A stretch of 64,000 bases of DNA from Bacteroidota bacterium (GCA_003252385.1 QKEH01000139.1:22598-86597), one strand, 5' to 3'. Shown: positions 19,464 through 29,079, counted from the first letter of the stretch. Numbers and translations: made by a program. Notes: a model not told the origin generated them from the sequence alone.

Positions 19464-20087
19464 TCAGGCTCCTTCTTTTCTCCGTTTCAACTCATCGCGT
19501 ATGGTAGAAGCCAACTCGTAATCCTCCTGTTTGATAGCCTCTTCCAGCGAGCGCTGCAATTCGTCCACGTTCATTTTCGATAAGTTGCCACTACCGGATG
19601 TTATGGGTGTTTCCTCCTTTTCATCCTGATCCAAATCAGGATCCTCAAAATTCTCAGATTCCTGTTCAAAATCCAGAATGATTCCGGCACGCTCCATAAT
19701 TTCGGGCGTGGTATAAATCGGACAACGAAAGCGCAATGCCAGAGCAATGGCATCCGATGTACGCGTGTCCAGCTCAACCGTTTTAATGCTATCCTGACAA
19801 GTAAGCTGGGAATGAAACACCCCTTCTTCCAGTTTAGTAATAGTAACCTCCATTACCTGAATGTCGAAGATTTGGGCAAAGCTGAAAAATAAATCGTGGG
19901 TTAATGGCCTGGGAGGCTTCAAACCTTCCAGTTGTATAGCAATGGCTTGAGCTTCAAAACCTCCCACAATAATCGGAATTCGTCGCTTTCCTCCTTCTTC
20001 GGCAAGTACCAGCGCATATGCCCCGGTTTGGGTCTGGCTGTACGATATGCCAAGTACGTTTAACTTAATTTTACTCATGCCGCTCAT
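19464..20087 (-). CDS. Bifunctional nuclease (BFN/DUF151) family protein with C-terminal UVR motif
   Basis: YALVLAEEGGKRRIPIIVGGFEAQAIAIQLEG...RPLTHDL is typical of the BFN domain. The C-terminus (LQRSLEEAIKQEDYELASTIRDEL) is UvrB/C-like. The start is uncertain; ATGs are present at 20141, 20087 and 20078. Confidence 0.7.
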   Translation of the reverse strand: MSGMSKIKLNVLGISYSQTQTGAYALVLAEEGGKRRIPIIVGGFEAQAIAIQLEGLKPPRPLTHDLFFSFAQIFDIQVMEVTITKLEEGVFHSQLTCQDSIKTVELDTRTSDAIALALRFRCPIYTTPEIMERAGIILDFEQESENFEDPDLDQDEKEETPITSGSGNLSKMNVDELQRSLEEAIKQEDYELASTIRDELKRRKEGA

Positions 20088-20322
20088 TCCACTATGCAAT
20101 TGCTGACTATTTTTGATATGGCAAATGGCATTCTTTCGCATTGCCTGTTACAAATATAATCAAATCTGTTAGAGTGAAAGATATCCTGCCTCACGTTGTA
20201 AAAATATCCCCCGTAACAAATGGAATACCCTTTATTTCCTGAATGGCATTAAATCCTATGAAGATATTGACAGAAAGCATGAATTATTTTAGGCTAAAAT
20301 TTCAGGAATTCGTTTTTTTAAC

Positions 20323-20330
20323 TAATTTTG
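20323..20330 (+). promoter_or_regulatory. Candidate Bacteroidota -7 promoter box (TAATTTTG)
   Basis: Matches the TAnnTTTG consensus described for Bacteroides sigma-A promoters and lies 41 nt upstream of the rpsT ATG. I saw no clean -33 TTTG. Confidence 0.35.
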
Positions 20331-20370
20331 TCGCCTCATTTTAAGGACAATTAACAAATAGCATATAAAA

Positions 20371-20622
20371 ATGGCAAACCATAAATCAGCTATTAAACGA
20401 GCAAGACAAACAGAAACACGCAGAATTGAGAATAAGTACAAAGCACGTACTACTCGTAATGCCATTAAAAAACTTCGGTCTACTACCGAAAAAGAAGAAG
20501 CAGTTGCGTTACTGCCAAAAGTTAGCGCCATGCTCGACAAATTAGCAAAAAGCAATTTGGTACATAAGAAAAAAGCAGCCAACCTGAAATCGGGTCTGGC
20601 AAAGCATGTGAACAGCCTGTAA
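20371..20622 (+). CDS. rpsT: 30S ribosomal protein S20
   Basis: 83-aa basic protein beginning [13 protein letters not shown]... Confidence 0.9.
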   Translation: MANHKSAIKRARQTETRRIENKYKARTTRNAIKKLRSTTEKEEAVALLPKVSAMLDKLAKSNLVHKKKAANLKSGLAKHVNSL

Positions 20623-20646
20623 ATAAAGTTTTTACACGATACTTTC

Positions 20647-20672
20647 AAACCCCGACCTTATCGGGGTTTTTT
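20647..20672 (+). terminator. Rho-independent terminator between convergent genes
   Basis: Stem CCCCGA/TCGGGG (20650-20655 pairs with 20661-20666) and a 5-nt loop, followed by TTTTTT and preceded by AAA. It could therefore work in both directions. Confidence 0.8.
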
Positions 20673-20691
20673 CGTTGGTCACTGCTTGCCA

Positions 20692-22371
20692 TTAACGAGC
20701 CACTACAAAACTCTTCTTCTGCACAAATTTCTCGCCGGAAGGATGTAAGGCTTCGAAATAGACCAGGTAATACCCATCGGGCACCAAGGCATCACTCCGG
20801 TCGGTGCCCTGGTAGATAATTTCGCCATGGGTGCCCAGCAGGGTCCCTTCAGCCAATACCTTCTGCAAAACTCCCCCTGCATTGTAGATGTAGACCCTCC
20901 CAATACTCCCCTCCAGCGCCAAACGATACTGAATTATGAGTTGCTCCTGCGCACCATCGCCATTGGGTGTAATAACTTTGGAGCTCAATACCACTATAGA
21001 TCCATCATCCAACTGCTCTTCCTGCGAATTGGGGCTTGCCGGGGTCATAAAACCCGCATCGGCCGAAGCAGATTGCCACAACTTCTTCCCTCCCCCGCTT
21101 TCGGCATGGATGCGTTCCAACGAAACCCCTTTAGTATCCACCAGAATTGGATGATGATCGTCAGGAAAGTAATTCACCGCATCGAGTACCTCATGATCAG
21201 GACTGGTAAGCTGCAAATAACTACCTGTATTTCGCAGAGACGGAAAATCTTCCATGTACACCACTTGCGAAGCCCTGCTGAACCACTCTGCACCATCAAT
21301 ACCCCGAAACGATTGGGCCAACACTACATAACCTTCGGGTGGCAGTGGCCAATATTCCGTGGTAATGTCCGAACCCGTATCGCCAACTTCAACCGACAAA
21401 TAACACCCTTTCAATTCCAGGGTTTTATCGGACACATTACGCAGTTCAATAAATTCGATACACCCTTCACAAGGTTCATACAGCACCTCATTCAATCGTA
21501 TTTCGCCGGGGAGTGGCTTCTCTGCCGTGCAGAAAGTAACAGATGCCTCCGACAGAAAGGAAGCACCGGTACACGTACAAACATCAGCAGTTACCGACAG
21601 AGTATAGTGTTCGCCCTTGCGCAAGGGCTGCTGAAATACCAGTTCGGTTACCTGGCTCTGCGGCCATCCCTGATGAACCTGTTGCGGATGACCCATCCCC
21701 TTGTTTACCGAGTAAAACATCGGATCCGCTGCAAGCAGGCTGTCTACTGGTTCGGAAAAGTACAATTTCAAGGTTCCCGAATCGGTAACCGCCACACGCC
21801 ACAGGGCTGCATCGGGCCTTTCGGAATCGGGGGCGATGGAATTGGGTTGTCCTGGTGTTCCTCCAGTATAATCTGTCGAACTCCCCCAGTTACCCTCTGT
21901 AAGACACGGCTCATTAGTATTCCGCATTTCCAAGGCATAACCTCCATTCCTGCAACTTGCAAGTTCGTGCCAGCTACTTTGGTACATCAGGCTGTGGATA
22001 GCTCTTCCGGAAGCATCCACTAAAACCAGTCTGGCACCGGAGTTACTCAATGCCGGAAAAGGGTCGGTTGCCAACAGGCGAGCTACTCCTGTAAACTTTG
22101 GTGCTGTTTCGGCAGCACAGATCAAATAGTAGCATCCGGGTTGTAAAAGGGTTGAGGGCAGTGTGACAGTAAGTTGATTGACCATTAGACGCCAGTTTTT
22201 AATCCAAAAGGCTTCGGAACTTCGATTGACAATCTCTATGTATTCGGCTTCAGGAAGCAAAACCGGAGGAGATGGGTCGACCATGACTTCAGAAAAAACT
22301 ACATCGTTCCGCGCCGGATAGTAAAAAGTATATGAGCAGGAAAGGTTACTGTTTCCGAACACATCCTGCAA
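20692..22371 (-). CDS. Lamin-tail-domain (LTD) protein with T9SS type-B-like C-terminal domain; probably the 3' part of a frameshifted gene
   Basis: Two LTD-like segments (VVFSEVMVDP...EYIEIVNRS...W and IRLNEVLYEP...EFIELRNVSDKTLELKGCYL). The C-terminus (ITPNGDGAQEQLIIQYRL...YLVYFE) resembles the gliding-associated/T9SS type-B sorting domain. The track start is a TTG with no signal peptide. Confidence 0.7.
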   Translation of the reverse strand: MQDVFGNSNLSCSYTFYYPARNDVVFSEVMVDPSPPVLLPEAEYIEIVNRSSEAFWIKNWRLMVNQLTVTLPSTLLQPGCYYLICAAETAPKFTGVARLLATDPFPALSNSGARLVLVDASGRAIHSLMYQSSWHELASCRNGGYALEMRNTNEPCLTEGNWGSSTDYTGGTPGQPNSIAPDSERPDAALWRVAVTDSGTLKLYFSEPVDSLLAADPMFYSVNKGMGHPQQVHQGWPQSQVTELVFQQPLRKGEHYTLSVTADVCTCTGASFLSEASVTFCTAEKPLPGEIRLNEVLYEPCEGCIEFIELRNVSDKTLELKGCYLSVEVGDTGSDITTEYWPLPPEGYVVLAQSFRGIDGAEWFSRASQVVYMEDFPSLRNTGSYLQLTSPDHEVLDAVNYFPDDHHPILVDTKGVSLERIHAESGGGKKLWQSASADAGFMTPASPNSQEEQLDDGSIVVLSSKVITPNGDGAQEQLIIQYRLALEGSIGRVYIYNAGGVLQKVLAEGTLLGTHGEIIYQGTDRSDALVPDGYYLVYFEALHPSGEKFVQKKSFVVAR

Positions 22372-23284
22372 TTGAGGTACGTTTAGTCCATAACTTCTGC
22401 CCGGCTCTAGTGCATAGGGTAATTGTAAGAGGATTCGACTGTGCCAGCTGATACACCGTTATTTCTGTTTCCTGTAAAAAAAGAACCGGTTCGCTGAATT
22501 CAATTTCAATCTGATATGGATTTATTACTACGACTCGTTTCAAATATGGAGATTCAGTATCTTGCGTAGCATTTCCATTAATCGAGAGCTCATCGAACCA
22601 CAAGCTTTGATCATGGCTTGCCGTATAGTGTAATGCCAGAATCAGATTCCTGATCATCCCAGCCTCTTCGGGCTTTATGGCTCCCAGATAGGTCTCGTGG
22701 GAATAGGAGTCCGTGATCGTAGCTCTTAAACTGTCACTGGGTGTGTACTCCAGGGTCAGAGTGATCCATTCACCGGAAGCTACATGCTCCTGCCAATTAT
22801 AAGCCGTAGTATTAAGCTGGATTTCACGCCCCTCGGCCAGCTCCCCCAGCTGCAGGAAGTCCTCACTCCCCTGACAATTTACCCCGATGAAATACCCCTC
22901 TTCGGGAATACCAAAAGCATCAGGAACATTGCCGGATGTCAGATAAACGCACCAGCGGTTATTGGCCGAAGGCTTGGAATCGTAACGTATTTTCATCTGC
23001 CATGAAACCTTGCCTTGCTGCAGGAGCAACGGATCATGAAAACAAGCCATCCAATCGACTCCCGCAACCGAATCGTCATGACAATGATGTAACGCGTAAC
23101 GGTCTCCGGCTGCATCCACATTGCGAATACACCAGTTTCCTTCCGCTTCCGGAAACCACCCCTGTAGTTGCTGGTTCTCAAAATCGGCATATACAACCTG
23201 TGCCACAACCAGGCAGGGTGCACTAACGAAAAAAATGAGAGCCGAAATCTTTATGAATATACTAAGCAGATGGTTTTTGGGCAT
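22346..23284 (-). CDS. Secreted hypothetical protein; probably the 5' part of the LTD gene
   Basis: I chose the start at MPKNHLLSIFIKISALIFFVSAPCLVVAQ, which is a signal peptide. The ORF ends 26 nt inside the next ORF, in a different frame. Confidence 0.55.
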   Translation of the reverse strand: MPKNHLLSIFIKISALIFFVSAPCLVVAQVVYADFENQQLQGWFPEAEGNWCIRNVDAAGDRYALHHCHDDSVAGVDWMACFHDPLLLQQGKVSWQMKIRYDSKPSANNRWCVYLTSGNVPDAFGIPEEGYFIGVNCQGSEDFLQLGELAEGREIQLNTTAYNWQEHVASGEWITLTLEYTPSDSLRATITDSYSHETYLGAIKPEEAGMIRNLILALHYTASHDQSLWFDELSINGNATQDTESPYLKRVVVINPYQIEIEFSEPVLFLQETEITVYQLAQSNPLTITLCTRAGQKLWTKRTSIAGCVRKQ

Positions 23285-23410
23285 AGTGGTTATGAATGGG
23301 AATGAGCGTACTGTGAAAGTCTGAAAATTATCCAATCCGCTGTTTCAATCCTGAAAATAAATTCCGAATTTTGCACTTGTATTCAATAAACTATAATATA
23401 GTCATTTATT

Positions 23411-23452
23411 GATTAAGAATCAAATCCCTCTCGGGGGATTTGATTCTTAATC
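23411..23452. repeat. Perfect 18-bp inverted repeat (hairpin/palindrome) in a divergent intergenic region
   Basis: GATTAAGAATCAAATCCC (23411-23428), a 6-nt spacer, then GGGATTTGATTCTTAATC (23435-23452). No U-run follows on either strand. Confidence 0.8.
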
Positions 23453-23480
23453 GGTAGTTTAATCACCAAAAAACGAGAAG

Positions 23481-24488
23481 ATGAAAATTGCAATTGTTGG
23501 CGTGAGTGGTGCCGTGGGTCAGGAGTTCCTAAAAGTGCTCGATGAGCGGAATTTTCCGCTGGATGAACTGGTATTGTTTGGTTCGGCACGCAGTGCCGGC
23601 AAAGAATACACCTATAAGGGCAAAAAACTGGTGGTTAAAGAATTAAAACACAACGACGATTTTAAAGGGATTGACATTGCATTGACTTCTGCCGGAGCAA
23701 GCACCTCGAAAGAATTTGCGGAAACCATTACCAAACATGGCACCGTGATGATTGACAACTCCAGCGCCTTCCGCATGGACAACGATGTACCCTTGGTAGT
23801 TCCTGAAGTAAATGCCGAGGATGCAAAAAACCGTCCCCGCAACATAATTGCCAACCCCAACTGTACCACCATTCAAATGGTGGTTTGCTTAAAACCCATT
23901 GAGAATCTTTCGCATATTAAAAAAGTGCATGTAGCCACCTATCAGGCTGCCAGCGGAGCCGGTGCCCAAGGCATGGCCGAACTGGAAAATCAGGTACAAC
24001 AAATTGCCAAGGGGGAAAAACCTACGGTTGAGAAATTCCAGTACCAACTGGCAATGAATATTATTCCCCAGGTAGACGTATTCACCGAAAACGGTTATAC
24101 CAAGGAGGAAATGAAAATGTTCTACGAAACCAAGAAGATTATGCACACCGATGCCGATGTGAGTGCAACCTGCGTGCGCATTCCGGTAATGCGAAACCAC
24201 TCGGAAGCAATTTGGATCGAAACTGAAGATGAACTGAGTCTGAATGCGGTACGGGAAGCTTTATCCAATGCGCCCGGAGTTACGCTGATTGACGATCCTG
24301 CCAACCGGAAGTACCCGATGCCACTCTTTGGTGCCGGCGAAGACGATGTATTTGTCGGACGAATCCGGAAGGATCTGACCAACCCCAAAGGCATTACGTT
24401 TTGGTGTGTTGGCGACCAGATTAAGAAAGGAGCAGCCCTCAATGCAGTTCAAATTGCCGAATATCTGGTAGAGAACAAACTGGTTTAA
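23481..24488 (+). CDS. asd: Aspartate-semialdehyde dehydrogenase
   Basis: [15 protein letters not shown] (NAD(P)-binding), [11 protein letters not shown] (active-site Cys) and QAASGAG. Confidence 0.95.
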   Translation: MKIAIVGVSGAVGQEFLKVLDERNFPLDELVLFGSARSAGKEYTYKGKKLVVKELKHNDDFKGIDIALTSAGASTSKEFAETITKHGTVMIDNSSAFRMDNDVPLVVPEVNAEDAKNRPRNIIANPNCTTIQMVVCLKPIENLSHIKKVHVATYQAASGAGAQGMAELENQVQQIAKGEKPTVEKFQYQLAMNIIPQVDVFTENGYTKEEMKMFYETKKIMHTDADVSATCVRIPVMRNHSEAIWIETEDELSLNAVREALSNAPGVTLIDDPANRKYPMPLFGAGEDDVFVGRIRKDLTNPKGITFWCVGDQIKKGAALNAVQIAEYLVENKLV

Positions 24489-24508
24489 CAGCTTACATAA
24501 TTTGCGTG

Positions 24509-24540
24509 AAACCCACTACACTTACGTATGTGGGTTTTTT
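24509..24540 (+). terminator. Rho-independent terminator of asd
   Basis: Stem CCCACTAC.../...GTA(T)GTGGG followed by TTTTTT (24535-24540). Confidence 0.7.
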
Positions 24541-24578
24541 ATTGCCTTAAATGCGGATTAGTGCCAGCGGAGGGGGAT

Positions 24579-25775
24579 TCAATACAGCAAATTATCGTAG
24601 GGATACCGGGCTACATGTACCTCCTTAATTTTGCCGTACAAAAGTTCCCGGAACTCATCAATATTCTCCTTGCGCAAGGCTGAAATGAACACACAGTGCG
24701 CCGCACTCTTTGCCATCCAGGTTTTCTTCAACTCCTCCAGGCTTACATTGGCGGCAGTGGATGGGGTAAGATCGTCTTCGTCCTTCTTCTCAAAGGTGTA
24801 CGCATCTATTTTATTGAAAACGATATAGGTCAATTTATTGGTAGCTCCAATTTCCTGTAGCGTTTCGTTAACTACATGCATTTGATCTTGAAATCCATCG
24901 TGCGAAATGTCTACCACATGCAACAAAATGTCCGATTCGCGAACCTCATCCAATGTCGACTTGAAAGACTCCACCAGGTTATGCGGCAGTTTTCGAATAA
25001 AACCTACCGTATCGGACAACAGGAAAGGCAGATTGCCAATAACTACCTTGCGCACCGTGGTATCCAACGTAGCAAACAACTTGTCCTCGGCAAAAACCTC
25101 CGACTTACTAAGCAGGTTCATGATGGTCGATTTGCCCACATTGGTGTAGCCCACCAAAGCTACCCGTACCATCCGTCCCCGATTCTTACGCTGGGTAGCC
25201 ATTTGGCGGTCAATCTTGGAGAGTTGCTCTTTGAGCCGGGCGATTTTATCGCGTATAATCCGGCGGTCGGTTTCAATTTCCGTTTCGCCAGGCCCCCGAA
25301 GCCCAATACCCCCGCGCTGCCGTTCCAGGTGAGTCCACATTCGGGTAAGACGGGGTAAAAGGTATTGGTATTGTGCCAGCTCTACCTGGGTTTTTGCATG
25401 GGCTGTTTGAGCCCTTGAGGCAAAAATGTCGAGTATCAGATTGGTGCGATCCAGTATGCGGCAGTTCAACTCTCGCTCTATGTTCCGCAGTTGACTGGGA
25501 GTAAGTTCGTCATCGAAAATGACCAAATCGATATCGTTATCTTTGATAAACAGTTCAATTTCCTCCAGCTTTCCGGAACCAATGTAAGTTTTCGGATTCG
25601 GCACGGGTACCCGCTGAATAAAAACGGAAACTGGAATGGCTCCGGCAGTTTCGGTTAAAAAAGCCAACTCATCCAAATATTCTTCTACTTCTTCCTGTTT
25701 TTGCTCATTGGTAATAACCCCTACCAAAACGGCACGTTCCCTTACAACTTCTGTTGAGATAAGCCCCATACTCAC
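24579..25775 (-). CDS. hflX: GTPase HflX
   Basis: HflX N-domain pattern (AVLVGV..., ELxxLxxTAG), G1 GYTNVGKST, G3 DTVGF and G4 NKID. Confidence 0.9.
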   Translation of the reverse strand: MSMGLISTEVVRERAVLVGVITNEQKQEEVEEYLDELAFLTETAGAIPVSVFIQRVPVPNPKTYIGSGKLEEIELFIKDNDIDLVIFDDELTPSQLRNIERELNCRILDRTNLILDIFASRAQTAHAKTQVELAQYQYLLPRLTRMWTHLERQRGGIGLRGPGETEIETDRRIIRDKIARLKEQLSKIDRQMATQRKNRGRMVRVALVGYTNVGKSTIMNLLSKSEVFAEDKLFATLDTTVRKVVIGNLPFLLSDTVGFIRKLPHNLVESFKSTLDEVRESDILLHVVDISHDGFQDQMHVVNETLQEIGATNKLTYIVFNKIDAYTFEKKDEDDLTPSTAANVSLEELKKTWMAKSAAHCVFISALRKENIDEFRELLYGKIKEVHVARYPYDNLLY

Positions 25776-25827
25776 ATACTAGTTAAGGCAGCAAAAATAA
25801 TACATTCCAGCGAGTTGTGATTAAAAA

Positions 25828-26997
25828 CTAGTAGATAAGACGGCGGCTGTCGATAATCAGATCGCTAATGGCATCGCGAAGTATGGGCACACAATCCATA
25901 ATTAACCTCTCTTCCGCAGGGAAGGGTACCTCGTCCAACTGAATCAAATCCAGGTCTTCGGGTAATAGCGCTTCGCGATGTCCGGTAGCTTTGCCCGAAA
26001 CATGTTCAAATACCGATGTCCCCTGAACCGATTCGCGTTTCAACAACCGGTTTGGGTGGGTTGCCATAAATTCCACTTCGCCTTTCAGGGTGGCTGACTG
26101 ATATTGCCGGATACGAATAACCCGGGCTGACAGATCCTTATATCTCGGAACTTTGATATCATTACCCAGCGTATCCTTCATTACATTACCCCGGTTATCC
26201 AACACATAATCGAATCCATCCTGAACCCGTTTTTGCCTGATATATTCCTCCCGTTCCTCCAAGGGAGGAATTACTTCCAACGAATTAAGCACTACCGCAA
26301 TGTAATAATCGTAAACCATATCAGGCTCCAAGGGTGCCAAATGGTACTCGACCCACTGGCTGTTAAACCGAGCCGTGTTCAAATTATCAATTTCATCGAA
26401 GAACTCTCTCGGCAATCGGTACTGCAACTTATTATCGTATTCAATTAACACCCTGCTGATACCCAATTCGCGCGATCTCTCGATTTTTACGCCAATACCC
26501 GGATAATCAACCGCCCGATAATCTCTGGCTATGCCATAATCAGCATAAGCCTGACGATAGGCTTCTTTCGTATTCAGCCGCATATTTTCCTCCGCTCTCT
26601 CAAAGTAAAAGCGAGCCGCATTAGTTTTCGCTTCAACAATCTTCTCCGAATAATCTACCCGAGTATAATCCACTACTTTACCGTTAACGGAATAGGGAAG
26701 TATCTTTTGAATACGATCCTGACGGTTACTCAATGCCAAGTAACGCCGGTAGATTTCGTCCCAATTCTCAGGCTTTCCTTCCTGAAGCAGAAAGTGGATT
26801 CGAGATTGATCCCGCTCATTGGCGAGTCGATACGCCTTATCCATCAGTTCCCGATCGGCATTATCGGCTTTACCCTTTAGTTGTTTTTTAATGCCCCGGT
26901 CAATTACTTCATCGTAATCGCCCTGCTGCAGCAGTTTTTCGGGCGATTTGCAGGCAAAGAGTACCGCCAAAAGCAGCAAGCATCCTATTTTTCTCAT
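25828..26997 (-). CDS. Hypothetical lipoprotein
   Basis: Signal peptide with lipobox LLAVLFAC. I recognised no domain. Confidence 0.5.
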   Translation of the reverse strand: MRKIGCLLLLAVLFACKSPEKLLQQGDYDEVIDRGIKKQLKGKADNADRELMDKAYRLANERDQSRIHFLLQEGKPENWDEIYRRYLALSNRQDRIQKILPYSVNGKVVDYTRVDYSEKIVEAKTNAARFYFERAEENMRLNTKEAYRQAYADYGIARDYRAVDYPGIGVKIERSRELGISRVLIEYDNKLQYRLPREFFDEIDNLNTARFNSQWVEYHLAPLEPDMVYDYYIAVVLNSLEVIPPLEEREEYIRQKRVQDGFDYVLDNRGNVMKDTLGNDIKVPRYKDLSARVIRIRQYQSATLKGEVEFMATHPNRLLKRESVQGTSVFEHVSGKATGHREALLPEDLDLIQLDEVPFPAEERLIMDCVPILRDAISDLIIDSRRLIY

Positions 26998-27029
26998 GGT
27001 GTTAGCTAAAAATCAGAAATTGAAGATAC

Positions 27030-27055
27030 AAAAAAAGAGGCTGCCGGGCCTCTTT
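27030..27055 (-). terminator. Rho-independent terminator downstream of the first TonB gene
   Basis: AAAGAGGC, a 6-nt loop, then GCCTCTTT. On the minus strand it is followed by a T-run (complement of the A-run at 27030-27036). Confidence 0.75.
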
Positions 27056-27075
27056 TAATATGTTGTAACGGCGAG

Positions 27076-27741
27076 TTACTGTAACATGAAAACTATGGAA
27101 AATGAATACTGTACACGCACCGGCATGCCACCTTGGCGCCCAGGGGTCCATTGGGGCGATTCCCGAACCACCCGTATCGCTTCGGCATCAATATCGGGAT
27201 TTACTCCTCGTAGCACTACTACATCTTCCACCTCGCCCTTTTTGTTTACCACAAACTGCAGGTGAACACGTCCGGTAACACCATTTTCGGCCGACAATTT
27301 CGGATAGATAAGATTCCTGGCAACATACATCCGAAACTGATTCAAATTGCCGCCCTGGAAGCTAGGCCATACTTCCGGGATCAGAATCACCGGGTCTTCT
27401 TCAGGGGTTTCCTCAATCCAGCTATAAACCGGAATTTCCGTATCCAGACTTACATCCAATCCTTCGAAACTGATTTCTTTGATTTCCACAGTATTCTCCA
27501 CAATTTGAATAACTTCCACAGGCCGGGGAGGTGGAGGTTTTGGAACCTCTCTTTGGGTATTGATAACCATCTGCTCGATTATACCCTCACTCTGGTCGTT
27601 GTCAATACATAACGTAGTGGTTTGTAGGCTGGTCCACTCAAACGCAACCAATGCCAGTGCAGTGGCTACCGTAATTCCAATTTGAAAATAGAGCATCCGC
27701 TTATCTTCAAGATTTGCATTTCTACTTTTCCTGGTTTCCAT
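27076..27741 (-). CDS. TonB-family energy transducer
   Basis: N-terminal TM anchor, Pro-rich spacer (PKPPPPRP) and a C-terminal TonB domain (FQGG...YPKLSAENGVTGRVHLQFVVNKKGEV..., W.PG). Confidence 0.8.
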   Translation of the reverse strand: METRKSRNANLEDKRMLYFQIGITVATALALVAFEWTSLQTTTLCIDNDQSEGIIEQMVINTQREVPKPPPPRPVEVIQIVENTVEIKEISFEGLDVSLDTEIPVYSWIEETPEEDPVILIPEVWPSFQGGNLNQFRMYVARNLIYPKLSAENGVTGRVHLQFVVNKKGEVEDVVVLRGVNPDIDAEAIRVVRESPQWTPGRQGGMPVRVQYSFSIVFMLQ

Positions 27742-27883
27742 GTTGTTCGGGATTAAAGGTTTACATGTAATAACAGTTCATTTTCTATCCTCGTTGCAAT
27801 TGGAAAAACAAGAACCCTGCCAAAATCGTTTCGAACTGAAATTGTAGCGGTAATCCAATAGTGAAATCTATCCGCACCCTTAA

Positions 27884-27914
27884 ACAAAAACCCCCAATGT
27901 TGCCACATTGGGGG
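27884..27914 (-). terminator. Rho-independent terminator downstream of the second TonB gene
   Basis: CCCCCAATGT, loop TGCC, then ACATTGGGGG (10-bp perfect stem, 27891-27914). The minus strand then reads TTTTTGTTT. Confidence 0.8.
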
Positions 27915-27938
27915 TTTGACCAATATCTGATTAATAGA

Positions 27939-28622
27939 TTATTGCAATACAAAAACGATGGGGAAAGTAAACTGAACTTTTACCGGTCGTCCCCGCTGTT
28001 TTCCAGGGGTCCATCGGGGCGATGATTTTACCACACGTACCGCTTCCTTATCCAGTGCCGGATCCACTCCACGAACAACTTGTACGTCACATACTTCGCC
28101 ATTGGTATTTACCGCAAATTGCACAAAAACCCGACCGCTGATACCGTTTTCGGATGCAATAGTCGGATATTGCAAATTCTGAGCTATATATGTCCTAAAA
28201 CCCAAACTCGCCTCCTGCCCGTTAAACATAGGCATGTCCTCAACAATAAAGAACACTTCCTCTTCGGCTTCTTCCTCTTCAATAGGAACAAAGTCGATCT
28301 CCATGTCTTCATCGGCATCCATACTTTCAAAATCAATTTCTTCAATATCCACATCATCTTCCACAATGTTGATCACTTCGATAACTTGTGGTGGAGGTGG
28401 AGGTGGAGGTGGCTGTTCAAGCAATTGCCGGGTAACGGGGATAATATCCTCTTCGGCCTCACCTGACTCCGACATGGCAAAAAGCTGATTGTCCTGCGGA
28501 CGCGATGTCCACTCGAAAGCAACCAACACCATGGCAATGGTTACCACAAGCCCAATTTGAACGTATAATCCTCTCTTCTTCTCGAGACTTGCTTTACTAC
28601 TTTTCTTAATTTCCATTTTCAC
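27939..28622 (-). CDS. TonB-family energy transducer (tandem paralog)
   Basis: Same architecture as 27076-27741: TM anchor, a PPPPPPPPP spacer, an acidic stretch and a C-terminal TonB domain (YPTIASENGISGRVFVQFAVNTNGEV). Confidence 0.8.
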   Translation of the reverse strand: MKMEIKKSSKASLEKKRGLYVQIGLVVTIAMVLVAFEWTSRPQDNQLFAMSESGEAEEDIIPVTRQLLEQPPPPPPPPQVIEVINIVEDDVDIEEIDFESMDADEDMEIDFVPIEEEEAEEEVFFIVEDMPMFNGQEASLGFRTYIAQNLQYPTIASENGISGRVFVQFAVNTNGEVCDVQVVRGVDPALDKEAVRVVKSSPRWTPGKQRGRPVKVQFTFPIVFVLQ

Positions 28623-29002
28623 GTTGTTTAAGGGGTCTAAAAATAGCTATTTCTAAAGGAATGGCAAAAAAAAGCCGCTCTATTTTCATCCGTTTTAAAC
28701 AAGATCACCAATAATCCTGCCAGAATTACCCCCGACACAATATTTTCCAGCAGTATTACAACCCAAGATTAACCCCCATCATACCCCATTGCCAGATAAT
28801 TGCAAAGAGGATGGTGACTCCCATTCAGAGCAGGCCTTCCCCACTTAAAGGCGCCTGTTGGGGTGGTTTTATGGTACAACCGAAACCCCATACCGCCCCG
28901 AATTTTTTTTCTGCAGATGGTTGCGATTTAAATATTTTTCCTATTTTTGCCCTGCTTTTAAAAGAAAAGCCGATCAGGATTTTTCCTAAGGTTCTTACTT
29001 AA

Positions 29003-29079
29003 GGGGGTTTAGCTCAGTTGGCTAGAGCGTTTGGCTGGCAGCCAAAAGGTCAGGGGTTCGACTCCCCTAACCTCCACCC
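29003..29079 (+). tRNA. tRNA-Ala (anticodon GGC), CCA encoded
   Basis: GGGGGTT/AACCTCC acceptor with the G3:U70 Ala identity pair, D-arm GCTC/GAGC, anticodon stem TTTGG/CCAAA with loop CTGGCAG, T-arm AGGGG-TTCGACT-CCCCT and a terminal ACCA. Confidence 0.9.

Noticed and set aside
20827-22023. 398-aa ORF on the + strand
   Set aside because: It lies entirely antisense to the LTD-domain gene. Its composition is Arg/Ile/Gln-rich, it has no recognisable motifs, and it has no upstream gap for a promoter. It is a typical shadow ORF.
28389-28412. Tandem (GGTGGA)n repeat
   Set aside because: It is the antisense of CCNCCN codons that encode the PPPPPPPPP spacer of the second TonB. It is coding low complexity, not a regulatory or CRISPR-like repeat.
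28811-29002. 63-aa ORF in the 380-nt gap upstream of tRNA-Ala
   Set aside because: It is short, has an odd composition, runs directly into the tRNA and has no RBS or promoter context. It is probably non-coding. I also recognised no known ncRNA in this gap.
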